Shown here one piece after another: positions 18,631-27,655 of a DNA stretch of 34,020 bases. The notes beneath the pieces were generated by a model. It worked only from the letters and a program-made list of their open reading frames with translations. It had not been told where the DNA came from and did not search any database. Source of the stretch: Actinomycetota bacterium (lineage in GTDB: Bacteria > Actinomycetota > Humimicrobiia > Humimicrobiales > Humimicrobiaceae); NCBI GenBank assembly GCA_018399435.1, contig JAGYOJ010000001.1:1-34020 (forward strand), read 5' to 3'. The translations under genes were made by a program, and so were the position numbers. Numbering within the stretch: position 1 is the first letter of the stretch; every line of letters starts with the position of its first letter.

Positions 18631-19506
18631 TTAAACACAATAACTTCCAGTATCATTTATTTCTGTACAAAGCAACTTATAGCCTGCAAACTTTTCATCT
18701 ATTTTAAACCCTTTTTCTGCTAATGCAATAACAGTGCTCCCCGATCCACTAATAGCAGCAGGTATATTATATTTATTAATAAGCTTATCAATAATTTGCA
18801 ATGACTTTGGATAAATTCCCTTCCTGTAATTCTGGTGTATATAATCCTTTATAAAAATACCCATGTCCTTAAAATTGCCTTCCTTTAATGCATCTACCAT
18901 CAAACCAAAATGCGAAGTATTTTCAATAGCATCCTGGATGGGAATTGCCTGAGGCAAAACTTTTCTAGCTTCTGTAGTAATAACCCTTTTTTTAGGTATT
19001 AAAAGCAATACCCTTATATCCGGGCTAATTCTTATTCGCCTGTAAAGGAAGCCTCCATCATTTTTAAAGCAAATAACAAACCCGCCTTCCAGGCTTGCTG
19101 CTATATTATCAGGGTGCTTTTCAATTTCAAGAGCAATTTCAAAGATTTCCCTCTTTTTTAATTTTAAATTATATATATGGTTTACCAGAAGTATCCCCGC
19201 TATTATATCTGCAGCACTGCTTCCTAGTCCCCGCCCGGTTGGGATATTTTCTTCTTTTTCTATAATTAAGCCTTTTTTATCCTCTATACTTAATAAACTT
19301 TTAGCATATTTAATAGTCTTAATTAAAAGGCTTGAATTATTTGCTGCTATCTTTTCATTTCCTCTTAAAAAACAATAGTTTTCTGCATAATCTAGAACCC
19401 TGTATTTATTAGATATGTTTATGGCTAAGCCTGCCCTGTCAAAGCCCGGCCCTATATTTGCAGAGGTTGCAAAAGCTTCTACTTTAGCTAAATATTTATT
19501 ATCCAT
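18631..19506 (-). CDS. thrB: Homoserine kinase (GHMP family)
   Basis: ATSANIGPGFD near the N-terminus and GHMP motif PTGRGLGSSAA. The ATG overlaps the upstream gene stop (ATGGATAA). Confidence 0.9.
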   Translation of the reverse strand: MDNKYLAKVEAFATSANIGPGFDRAGLAINISNKYRVLDYAENYCFLRGNEKIAANNSSLLIKTIKYAKSLLSIEDKKGLIIEKEENIPTGRGLGSSAADIIAGILLVNHIYNLKLKKREIFEIALEIEKHPDNIAASLEGGFVICFKNDGGFLYRRIRISPDIRVLLLIPKKRVITTEARKVLPQAIPIQDAIENTSHFGLMVDALKEGNFKDMGIFIKDYIHQNYRKGIYPKSLQIIDKLINKYNIPAAISGSGSTVIALAEKGFKIDEKFAGYKLLCTEINDTGSYCV

Positions 19507-20710
19507 CTTTTTTTAAAAAATAATCCAGCAGCTTGTAACCTTTTTCAAAGATTATCTCATTTTTTTTAGGGTAAAATTCATCAAAAACATTAGAAGTACT
19601 ATTTTCTTTTTGGCTATCATAAATTAAAAAAGGCACCGGGTCAGATGTATGGGTCCTAATAGAAATGGGAGTTGGGTGGTCAGGGAGCACCATAATCTTA
19701 AAATCATTTCCTGATTTTTTTAAATAATCAAATACCGCCTTTATAATTTCTTTATCAATGATCTCAATTGATTTTACCTTGCAATGGGCATCTCCCTGGT
19801 GACTGCATTCATCTGGAGCCTCTACATGGAGATATACAAAATCAACATTTTCTAATTCCTTTATTGCAGCCTTTGCTTTGCCTGTAAAATTTGTATTGAT
19901 ATTCCCAGTAGCTCCCTTAACTTTTACCGGGTTAAGGCCTGCATAAATGCCAATGCCCTTTATCAAATCAACTGCTGATACTACAGAACCTGAAACCTTG
20001 TATTTATCATAAAAAGATTCCAACTGGGGTTTTTTGCCCTGGCCCCATATCCAGATAGAATCTGCCTCCCTTAAACCCCTTTTTTTTCTATCCTTATTTA
20101 CAGGATGACATTTTAAGATTTCAATGCTTCTTTCCATAAAGTCTAGTAAAACATTGCTTTCTTTGCCGGAAGGAAGATACTCTAAGATATTTTTGCCTAA
20201 TATGTCATGGGGAGGCGTAAGGTTAAACTTATCAGAGCCATTTTTCCAAATTATTATATGCCTGTATCCTACTCCCGGATAAAACTTAATTCTTTTTGTT
20301 CCCAGGCTATCAGATATTGATTTTATAAGTTTTTCGGCTTCTTTTGATGTTATCTCCCCAGAGCTGTGGTCTATCATTTTTCTCTGGCTGTAATCTTTAC
20401 CTCCAGACAATGTAACCAGATTACACCTGAAAGCAATATCGCTGTTTTTTAATTTCAGCCCCATGCTTGCAGCTTCAAGTGGCGATCTCCCGGTATGGAA
20501 TTTCTTTGGGTCATAACCCATTACTGACAAATTGGCTACATCGCTTCCCGGAGCCATGCCACCGGGAATAGTATTTACCATTCCAACCTGCCCGTGGGAT
20601 GCCAGGTAATCTATAGTTGGTTTCTTTGCTGCCTGCAGGGCCGACCTATTGCCCAGCTGTCCAATCTTATTATCCGCAGAGCCGTCCATTAAAATTACTA
20701 CATGCTTCAT
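19499..20710 (-). CDS. ApgM-family cofactor-independent phosphoglycerate mutase-like protein (the 'proposed homoserine kinase' clade)
   Basis: 403 aa. N-terminal VILMDGSAD ... KPTIDYLA ... PGSDVANLS and C-terminal LHVEAPDECSHQGD ... VLPDHPTP metal-site blocks are typical of archaeal-type iPGM/ApgM. It is embedded between thrC and thrB. Confidence 0.85.
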   Translation of the reverse strand: MKHVVILMDGSADNKIGQLGNRSALQAAKKPTIDYLASHGQVGMVNTIPGGMAPGSDVANLSVMGYDPKKFHTGRSPLEAASMGLKLKNSDIAFRCNLVTLSGGKDYSQRKMIDHSSGEITSKEAEKLIKSISDSLGTKRIKFYPGVGYRHIIIWKNGSDKFNLTPPHDILGKNILEYLPSGKESNVLLDFMERSIEILKCHPVNKDRKKRGLREADSIWIWGQGKKPQLESFYDKYKVSGSVVSAVDLIKGIGIYAGLNPVKVKGATGNINTNFTGKAKAAIKELENVDFVYLHVEAPDECSHQGDAHCKVKSIEIIDKEIIKAVFDYLKKSGNDFKIMVLPDHPTPISIRTHTSDPVPFLIYDSQKENSTSNVFDEFYPKKNEIIFEKGYKLLDYFLKKDG

Positions 20711-20717
20711 AAAACTC

Positions 20718-22205
20718 CTAGACGCTTAAAATATCTGAAATTATTTGCTTCATGCCTTCTTTCTGGATTACTTTATTGTGCAATACGGGCTTTTTGCCTA
20801 TATCTTTTATGTTTTCAGGAACCTTGGTTTTAGAAATCTCTGACAATTTATCAATTAGGGTTATTTCATCCTTTGCCTCTATCTTTCTGCCAATAGCCTC
20901 AATAACGCTTGCTGGAAATTTAAAAGGGCTGGCAGTGGATACAATTACATTCTTGGAATTATCTTTAGTTTCTTCTAAATATTTCCTGTATACATCAAAT
21001 CCTACTGCAGTATGGGTATCAATTAAATAATTTAAATTATCATAGGCAAACCTTATTGCATCCAGTGTATCTTCTTCAGTTGAATATCCCCCATAAAAGG
21101 AAGAAAGCTTTTTTTTCATCTCTTTATTAATCTCATACCTTCCTTTGGAATTTAGCCTGTTAATTAAATCTTTAATAATTGAGGAATTGTTTCCGCTTAT
21201 CTCATAAAGCAGTCTTTCAAGATTGCTAGAAACAAGTATGTCCATTGAGGGAGAAGAGGTTAAAATTAAATCCCTGTTTTTGTCATATACCCCTGTATTT
21301 ATAAAATCATATAAAACATTATTAATATTTGAAGCGCATATTAATTTATTTATAGGCGTTCCGATTTTTTTTGCATAATAAGCGGCAAGGATATTCCCGA
21401 AATTACCGGTTGGGACGGTAAAATTAATTTTTTCTCCCCCTCTTATTTCCCCCCTGCCTAAAAGCTTTGCATAAGCATAAACATAATATACAATCTGGGG
21501 AATTAGCCTGCCTATATTAATAGAATTTGCAGAAGAAAAAATGCAACCATTTAAGGCTAGCTTTCCCCTAAAGCCTTTATCTGCAAATACTTCCTTTACC
21601 TTGGCCTGGGCATCATCAAAATTGCCAGCAATGGCAATCACATGGGTATTTGGCCCTTGTTGGGTAACCATTTGCCTTTCCTGTATCTTGCTTACCCCCT
21701 CTTTTGGATAGAATACTATTATCTCTGTCCCTTCAATGCCTGAAAACCCTTCAAGTGCAGCTTTCCCCGTATCTCCTGATGTAGCTGTAAGTATTACTAT
21801 TTTTTTTCTGATATCAAGTTTTTTTACAGAAGTTTTTAGCAAGTGGGGTAAAATAGATAAAGCCATGTCTTTAAAGGCAAGGGTGGGGCCATGAAATAAT
21901 TCTAAAAAATAATAGGGGCCCCTCTTTACCAATGGGGCTATCTCTTTGCTTGAAAATTTATCATCATAAGCTTTAGCTATACAATTTTTTAACTCTCTTT
22001 TGCTAAAATCCGGCAAAAATTTAGACATTACATAAAAAGCAAGCTCCCTGTAATCCATAGTCATAAGGTCCGGGAAAGGCTTTCCTATATGGGGAAATCC
22101 TGTTGGGACATATAATCCCCCGTCTTCAGCAATGCCGCTAACAATGCAATAGCTGGATTTATATTCCTTTTGATTATCCCTCGTGCTTTTGTAATTAACT
22201 TGCAT
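20718..22205 (-). CDS. thrC: Threonine synthase (long form)
   Basis: 495 aa with PLP-lysine block PTLAFKDMAL and TSGDTG. The ATG overlaps the hom stop (TAATG). Confidence 0.93.
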   Translation of the reverse strand: MQVNYKSTRDNQKEYKSSYCIVSGIAEDGGLYVPTGFPHIGKPFPDLMTMDYRELAFYVMSKFLPDFSKRELKNCIAKAYDDKFSSKEIAPLVKRGPYYFLELFHGPTLAFKDMALSILPHLLKTSVKKLDIRKKIVILTATSGDTGKAALEGFSGIEGTEIIVFYPKEGVSKIQERQMVTQQGPNTHVIAIAGNFDDAQAKVKEVFADKGFRGKLALNGCIFSSANSINIGRLIPQIVYYVYAYAKLLGRGEIRGGEKINFTVPTGNFGNILAAYYAKKIGTPINKLICASNINNVLYDFINTGVYDKNRDLILTSSPSMDILVSSNLERLLYEISGNNSSIIKDLINRLNSKGRYEINKEMKKKLSSFYGGYSTEEDTLDAIRFAYDNLNYLIDTHTAVGFDVYRKYLEETKDNSKNVIVSTASPFKFPASVIEAIGRKIEAKDEITLIDKLSEISKTKVPENIKDIGKKPVLHNKVIQKEGMKQIISDILSV

Positions 22206-23509
22206 TATTCAAGATCCTCAACCCTTATGGAATTAAGTACCTTAATAACTTCATCAAGGCCAGCTACCTCATTTATAGACTTATAGTAATTCTTATTAAC
22301 AACTTCATGGGTTATAAAAATTAGCCTAGCAATATTTCCCTCTGCTGACTGTTTTTGTATCATTGATTTAATGCTAACTGAATTATCGCCAAAAACTTTT
22401 GCAATCTTTGCAAGAACGCCAGGCTTGTCTAAAACATCTATAAGTATATAAAATTTGCTGATATCTTCATCTTGAGCCTTTATTTTCTTATTCTCAAAAC
22501 AAGTGCATCCGTATATAATTCCCTTTTTATCCCGGTCATAATTTCTGGCTATCTTAATTATATCTCCAACAATAGAGCTGGCAGTTGGCGCATCCCCGGC
22601 CCCTCTTCCATAACTCATGATCTGGCCCACATAATTTCCATAAACATAAATAGCATTATAAGTGTCTTCAATAGAAGCCAGTATATGGCCCCTTGGTATT
22701 AATGCCGGATGTACTTTTACAATAATTTCTCCATCTTTTTCCATTCCAATTGCCAAAAGCTTTATTTTATAGCCCAGCTCTTTAGCATTTTCTATATCAT
22801 CCGGGGTAATTTTAGTAATGCCTTCCCTGTAGACATCCTCCAGGACAACTCTAAAGTTAAAAGCTATAGAAGAAAGTATAGCCAATTTACAAGCTGCATC
22901 ATAACCTTCGATATCAGAAGATGGATTGGCTTTTTCTGCATAACCAAGATCCTGCGCCATCTTTAGCGCTTCGTCAAATGAGAGCTTGTCCTTTTCCATC
23001 CTGGTTAATATATAATTAGTAGTCCCATTAACTATGCCTACAATCTTTTCTATATTATTAGACGCCAATGAAGATTTTAGGGGCCCTATTATTGGTATCC
23101 CCCCGCAAACGCTAGCTTCAAACAAGATATCTACATTATTTTTTTCTGCCACCTCAAATAGTTTTTTACCTTTATTGGCAATGAGGTCTTTATTGGCTGT
23201 TACCACATATTTGCCATTAGCCAGCGCCTTGCTTACAAAATCATATGCAGGGACTATCCCTCCAACTAGTTCAACTACTATATCAATGCTCTCATCTTCA
23301 ATAATATCTGAAGCATTATTGCTTACAGATACACCAGCCCTTCCTTTTAAGGGCTCCAGCTTTCCTGAATCTTTTTCAACTACTTTTGTTACATTTAGTT
23401 TTTTCCCAATTTTTTTTGCAATATAGTCTTTTTGCTTATCCAAAAGCGAATAAACTCCGCTAGCTATATAGCCATAGCCAATAATTCCAATATTTATATT
23501 TTCATTCAT
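22205..23509 (-). CDS. hom: Homoserine dehydrogenase with C-terminal ACT domain
   Basis: NAD-binding IGIIGYGYIASGV, catalytic-domain blocks and an ACT-like tail (FYILIDVLDKPGVLAKIAKVFGDNSVSI). The ATG at 23509 (MNENINIG) overlaps the lysA stop by 8 nt; GTG 23518 is the alternative. Confidence 0.92.
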   Translation of the reverse strand: MNENINIGIIGYGYIASGVYSLLDKQKDYIAKKIGKKLNVTKVVEKDSGKLEPLKGRAGVSVSNNASDIIEDESIDIVVELVGGIVPAYDFVSKALANGKYVVTANKDLIANKGKKLFEVAEKNNVDILFEASVCGGIPIIGPLKSSLASNNIEKIVGIVNGTTNYILTRMEKDKLSFDEALKMAQDLGYAEKANPSSDIEGYDAACKLAILSSIAFNFRVVLEDVYREGITKITPDDIENAKELGYKIKLLAIGMEKDGEIIVKVHPALIPRGHILASIEDTYNAIYVYGNYVGQIMSYGRGAGDAPTASSIVGDIIKIARNYDRDKKGIIYGCTCFENKKIKAQDEDISKFYILIDVLDKPGVLAKIAKVFGDNSVSIKSMIQKQSAEGNIARLIFITHEVVNKNYYKSINEVAGLDEVIKVLNSIRVEDLE

Positions 23510-24812
23510 ATAAATCACTATTCCCTGATATTAAATCTTTATAACTTTCTCTTTTTATCCATGTCCACTTGCTTGCCTCTTCAACAGCTACAACCGCGCT
23601 CTTGGTCTGGCCATTATAATTGCTGGACATAGAATAACAATAAGCGCCTGTAGCTGTAATTGCAATTAAATCACCTTTATTTATGCTTGGCAACATTATA
23701 TCCTCAATTAATGTATCTCCGCTTTCACAATGCTTGCCCACAATAGTATATTTTTTTTGGCCACCAGTTGCATTCATCCTGTTTGCAATAAATGCTTCAT
23801 ACCTTGCCTGGTACAATATAGGCCTTATATTATCTGACATTCCCCCATCAACAGAAACATAATTTATTATTTTTTCAATCTCTTTTACAACTCCAACCTC
23901 ATACAAGGCCAGCCCCGCATTTCCAACTATAGACCTGCCAGGCTCAGCATATATTTTTTTAATTTTTATGCCATATTTTTTCTGGTATTTTTTCAGCGCC
24001 TGGTAGATAAAATCAGAAAAATCTAAAATTGAAGGCGGTTTATCTTCTTTAGTATATTGTATCCCTAATCCGCCCCCTATATTTATTTGTTTAATTATTA
24101 CACCTAATTTTTCTTCTACCCCTTTTATTAATTTAGATAAAACCTCAATTAATCTCTCATAAGAGCTTAAATTAAATATCTGGGAGCCTATATGGCTATG
24201 CAATCCAATCAAATTTAAGCTTTTTGTATTGCTGGCAGCTTCTATTGCATCCATGGCAATAGATTTGTGGATCCCAAATCCAAACTTAGACTTAATTGCC
24301 CCAGTTTGTATGTATTTATGGGTTGATGCTTTTATCCCAGGAGTTATCCTTAACATAATGTCCTGCTTTTTGCCATGCTCTTCAGCTAATCTTCCTAAAG
24401 CTTTAAGCTCGCTAAAATTATCTACTATAAAGCAGCCAACATCATTTTCCAAAGCATACCTTATCTCCTGCTCAGACTTATTATTGCCATGGAAGTAAAT
24501 CTTTTCTGGGGGGAAACCACTCTCCAGGGCAATAAATAATTCTCCCCCTGTAGAAACATCAATGCTTAAGCCTTCTTTTTTTATTAACTGACACATAGCT
24601 TTGCATGAAAATGCTTTAGAAGCATAAATTATTTCAGAATCAATTCCGCTAAAACTAAAGCCTTTTAAGTAATCCCTGCACTGCTTTTTTATAGTGGCAA
24701 TATCTATTATATACAGTGGCGTGCCAAATTCTTCCTTAAGCCTGGCCACATTGCTTCCGCCTATAGACAAATTGCCTTCTTTATCAATCTTTTTAGTAAT
24801 AGGAAATAGCAT
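23502..24812 (-). CDS. lysA: Diaminopimelate decarboxylase
   Basis: 436 aa with PLP-lysine context IYASKAF, HSHIGSQ, EPGRSIVG and CESGD blocks. SD GAAAGG lies 7 nt upstream. Confidence 0.95.
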   Translation of the reverse strand: MLFPITKKIDKEGNLSIGGSNVARLKEEFGTPLYIIDIATIKKQCRDYLKGFSFSGIDSEIIYASKAFSCKAMCQLIKKEGLSIDVSTGGELFIALESGFPPEKIYFHGNNKSEQEIRYALENDVGCFIVDNFSELKALGRLAEEHGKKQDIMLRITPGIKASTHKYIQTGAIKSKFGFGIHKSIAMDAIEAASNTKSLNLIGLHSHIGSQIFNLSSYERLIEVLSKLIKGVEEKLGVIIKQINIGGGLGIQYTKEDKPPSILDFSDFIYQALKKYQKKYGIKIKKIYAEPGRSIVGNAGLALYEVGVVKEIEKIINYVSVDGGMSDNIRPILYQARYEAFIANRMNATGGQKKYTIVGKHCESGDTLIEDIMLPSINKGDLIAITATGAYCYSMSSNYNGQTKSAVVAVEEASKWTWIKRESYKDLISGNSDLYE

Positions 24813-24829
24813 GGTAAAACCTTTCTAAA

Positions 24830-26512
24830 TCACATTTTCTTTGGAGCGCTTATGCCAATTATTTTAAATGAATTCAATAAAATTCTTTTAACCAAAAGTA
24901 TTAAAGCCAGCCTGCCCCTGTTAACTCCAGATTCATCAATAACCCTGTAATGGTTATAAAAATAGTGGAATTCAGAAGCTAAGTTATATACATGCTGGTT
25001 TATAAAATAAGGTGAATTATTTACACATCCATCATAGATCTCGTCAGGGAAATAAATAATAAGTTTGGCAATATTTCTTTCAGTTTCTGTTTCAAACCTT
25101 AAATTATCTATATCAATATTATCAAGGGTAAAACTGTCTATATCAAAATCAGTATTTTCCCTAATATTTTTAATTATGCTTTCTATCCTTGCATGCGCAT
25201 ACTGTACATAATAAACAGGGTTTTGGTTTGATTTTTGTTTAGCTAGATCGATGTCAAAATCCATTGGGGTATCAAATGAATTTACAGAAAAGAAATACCT
25301 AACTGCATCTTTTCCAACTTCTTCAATTAGATCACTTAAAGTGTAAACCTTCCCCTTCCTTCTTGACATCTTAAGGGATTTCCCGCCTTTAACTATTCTA
25401 ACCAGCTGACCTATTATTATAACTAAGCTTATTTTATTTAAATTTAAGGCCTTTGCAGTGGCCTTAAGCCTTTTTACATATCCATGATGGTCGGCACCCA
25501 GAATGTATGCAAGGGTCCCAAAACCCCTCTCAGCCTTATTTATAATATACATTATGTCTGAAGCAAAATATGTAGGGAGCCCATCTGTCCTGATTATTAC
25601 CCTGTCTTTATCATCACCATACTCTTTTGATTTAAACCAGACTGCTCCATTTTTTTTATAAATCAAGCCATCTTTTTTTAACTTATCAAGTATCCTTCTG
25701 CAATTATCATTCTGGTAAAGCGCGCTTTCCCTAAACCAAATATCAAACTCGACACCCATCTGGGATAAAGTATTTTTAATATCTTCAATCATGATATCTA
25801 TTGACGCCTTTTCAAGTTCTGCTAAATTTACATCAGTATTACCATCCAGGCTTACTAAAAAGGCATTTCCATTATCTGTAAAAATCTTGTCCGTAACTTT
25901 TTTTACCGTTTTTTTTGGATACCCGTCCTCGGGGTAATCTACATCCTTTCCAAAATTTTTTAAATAAATGCACCTAACACATTCTACAAATTTTTTTACC
26001 TGAGTCCCGTAATCATTAACATAATATTCCCTTTTTACATCATAGCCATTTGCCATGTAAAGGTTAGCCAGCACATCGCCCATAACGCCCCACCTTCCAT
26101 GGCCTATATGAAGGCTGCCTGTTGGATTAGAGCTAACATATTCCAAATTAATGCTGAGGCTGTTTCCGGAATTGTTCTTCCCATAATCTTCTTTATCTTT
26201 TATTACCTCTTTTAGACTTGATAAAATAAAATTGTCTTTTAGGTTAAAATTAATAAAGCCAGGTTTTGCTATATTTACTTTTTCTGTCTCTTCCCATCCT
26301 TCAATTTCTTTTTTTATATCTTCTGCAATATCTAAAGGGCTCTTTCTTAAAGGCTTTGAAAGTACTAATGCTGCATTTGTAGAAAGGTCCCCAAATTTAG
26401 GATTATTAGGCTCTCCCAGCGTTATATTTTCTATAACCCTTCTCCTGTCTATCTTTGCAGGCAATGTTTTAATATAGCTTGCCAGCCTTTTATTTAATTT
26501 AGTTATTATCAA
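24830..26512 (-). CDS. argS: Arginine--tRNA ligase
   Basis: HIGH-type motif (SLHIGHGR), KMSK-like LKMSRRKG and the anticodon-binding tail ending ...APKKM. The ORF-track start (26584) reads through a tRNA gene. TTG at 26512 has GGGAGGA 4-5 nt upstream. Confidence 0.92.
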   Translation of the reverse strand: MIITKLNKRLASYIKTLPAKIDRRRVIENITLGEPNNPKFGDLSTNAALVLSKPLRKSPLDIAEDIKKEIEGWEETEKVNIAKPGFINFNLKDNFILSSLKEVIKDKEDYGKNNSGNSLSINLEYVSSNPTGSLHIGHGRWGVMGDVLANLYMANGYDVKREYYVNDYGTQVKKFVECVRCIYLKNFGKDVDYPEDGYPKKTVKKVTDKIFTDNGNAFLVSLDGNTDVNLAELEKASIDIMIEDIKNTLSQMGVEFDIWFRESALYQNDNCRRILDKLKKDGLIYKKNGAVWFKSKEYGDDKDRVIIRTDGLPTYFASDIMYIINKAERGFGTLAYILGADHHGYVKRLKATAKALNLNKISLVIIIGQLVRIVKGGKSLKMSRRKGKVYTLSDLIEEVGKDAVRYFFSVNSFDTPMDFDIDLAKQKSNQNPVYYVQYAHARIESIIKNIRENTDFDIDSFTLDNIDIDNLRFETETERNIAKLIIYFPDEIYDGCVNNSPYFINQHVYNLASEFHYFYNHYRVIDESGVNRGRLALILLVKRILLNSFKIIGISAPKKM

Positions 26513-26523
26513 TATATCCTCCC

Positions 26524-26599
26524 TGGAGCCGATGACCGGACTTGAACCGGTAACCTGCTCATTACGAATGAGCCGCTCTGCCAATTGAGCTACACCGGC
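26524..26599 (-). tRNA. tRNA-Thr (anticodon CGU), CCA encoded
   Basis: Minus strand GCCGGTG-TA-GCTC-AATTGGCA-GAGC-G-GCTCA-TTCGTAA-TGAGC-AGGTT-ACCGG-TTCAAGT-CCGGT-CATCGGC-T-CCA. This is a full 76-nt cloverleaf: 7-bp acceptor stem (one G-U), 4-bp D stem, 5-bp anticodon stem, 5-bp T stem and a TTCAAGT T-loop. Confidence 0.93.
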
Positions 26600-26602
26600 A
26601 AT

Positions 26603-27433
26603 TTATTCATTTTTTTCATGTCTTTTTTCTGGCCCTTCAATTATTTCAATTTCATCTAAGGGTACGGCCTTCTTTGTTTCAGTTTCAAGTTCAACAATTA
26701 CGCTATTTTTTAGTGGATCATAATTACAGATTTTTCCATTGCCTACATTAGTCTTTACATTTGTCCCTATTTCAGGAACTTTTTGCATGAACTTTTTATA
26801 GTCCTCGTATTCATACTTTAGGCAGCACATCAATCTTCCACAAATTCCAGAAATTTTTAATGGGTTTAAGGGAAGGTTTTGGTCTTTTGCCATTTTTATT
26901 GAAATAGAATCAAAATCTTTTAAAAAACTCTTGCAGCAAAGCTTCCTTCCGCAGGGACCCAGACCCCCTATAATTTTTGCTTCATCCCTGACTCCAATTT
27001 GGCGGAGCTCTATTCTCATTTTAAAAGTTGCTGCCAATTCTTTTACCATTTCCCTAAAATCAACCCTTTTTTCAGAAGTAAAATAAAAAATCATCTTACT
27101 TTTATCAAAAAAAACGTGTACGTCAACAAGCTTCATGGGCAAATTATATTTATCTACAAGTTCTTCAAATTTTTTTATGCCCTCTTTTTCCTTATTTTTA
27201 TTTATCTCATCTACCGACAGGTCATAATGCGTAGCTTTCCTTACCACCTTGCTCAAAGGATTGGAAATATCGCCTTCATCTATGTCCTGGGGAGGGGTTA
27301 CGACTTCCCCTATCTCTAAAGAATCTTCAAGATGGCAAATTAATTTATCCCCAATATTCATTTTTATATTATTGCTGTCATAATAATGTATTCTTCCATT
27401 TTCCCTAAATATTATGCCAATACACAATCTCAT
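26603..27433 (-). CDS. ricT: PSP1-domain protein RicT/YaaT
   Basis: 276 aa with characteristic Cys blocks GPCGRKLCCKSFL and ICGRLMCCLKYE. SD AGAGGTGA lies upstream. Linkage with holB and tmk matches Firmicutes. Confidence 0.87.
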   Translation of the reverse strand: MRLCIGIIFRENGRIHYYDSNNIKMNIGDKLICHLEDSLEIGEVVTPPQDIDEGDISNPLSKVVRKATHYDLSVDEINKNKEKEGIKKFEELVDKYNLPMKLVDVHVFFDKSKMIFYFTSEKRVDFREMVKELAATFKMRIELRQIGVRDEAKIIGGLGPCGRKLCCKSFLKDFDSISIKMAKDQNLPLNPLKISGICGRLMCCLKYEYEDYKKFMQKVPEIGTNVKTNVGNGKICNYDPLKNSVIVELETETKKAVPLDEIEIIEGPEKRHEKNE

Positions 27434-27495
27434 GTTCTTTCACCTCTTAAAATAGCTGCAATACTGCATCTAATTTTATCCTTAATAGAGAAGTA

Positions 27496-27504
27496 ATTAT
27501 ACCA
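27496..27504 (-). promoter_or_regulatory. Candidate extended -10 promoter (TGgTATAAT) for the ricT-tRNA-argS... array
   Basis: Minus-strand TGGTATAAT lies about 60 nt upstream of the ricT ATG. The -35 is weak (TAGGTA). Confidence 0.4.
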
Positions 27505-27655
27505 AAAAACTTAAATCTTACCTAATTTATAAAGGTAAGAAAAATTATAAAGATTTTCAAATTAAATAATTTTTAACAGAAAAAAATAATGTTTTTAAAA
27601 AACCTGTTTAACCCTTAAAATATATATCAACCATAAAAATATAAAAGGAGGCCAA

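Noticed and set aside
18626-18640. TTG start at 18640 for the ABC ATPase (MCLIK extension)
   Set aside because: It would overlap thrB by 10 nt. The ATG five codons downstream gives the typical 'M..I....L.K.F' ABC N-terminus. This is a low-stakes choice.
26513-26584. ORF-track N-terminal extension of ArgS (MAERLIRNEQVTGSSPVIGSREDI...)
   Set aside because: These codons are the translation of the tRNA-Thr gene (26524-26599) on the same strand. A TTG with a strong GGGAGGA SD at 26512 gives a normal-length ArgS.
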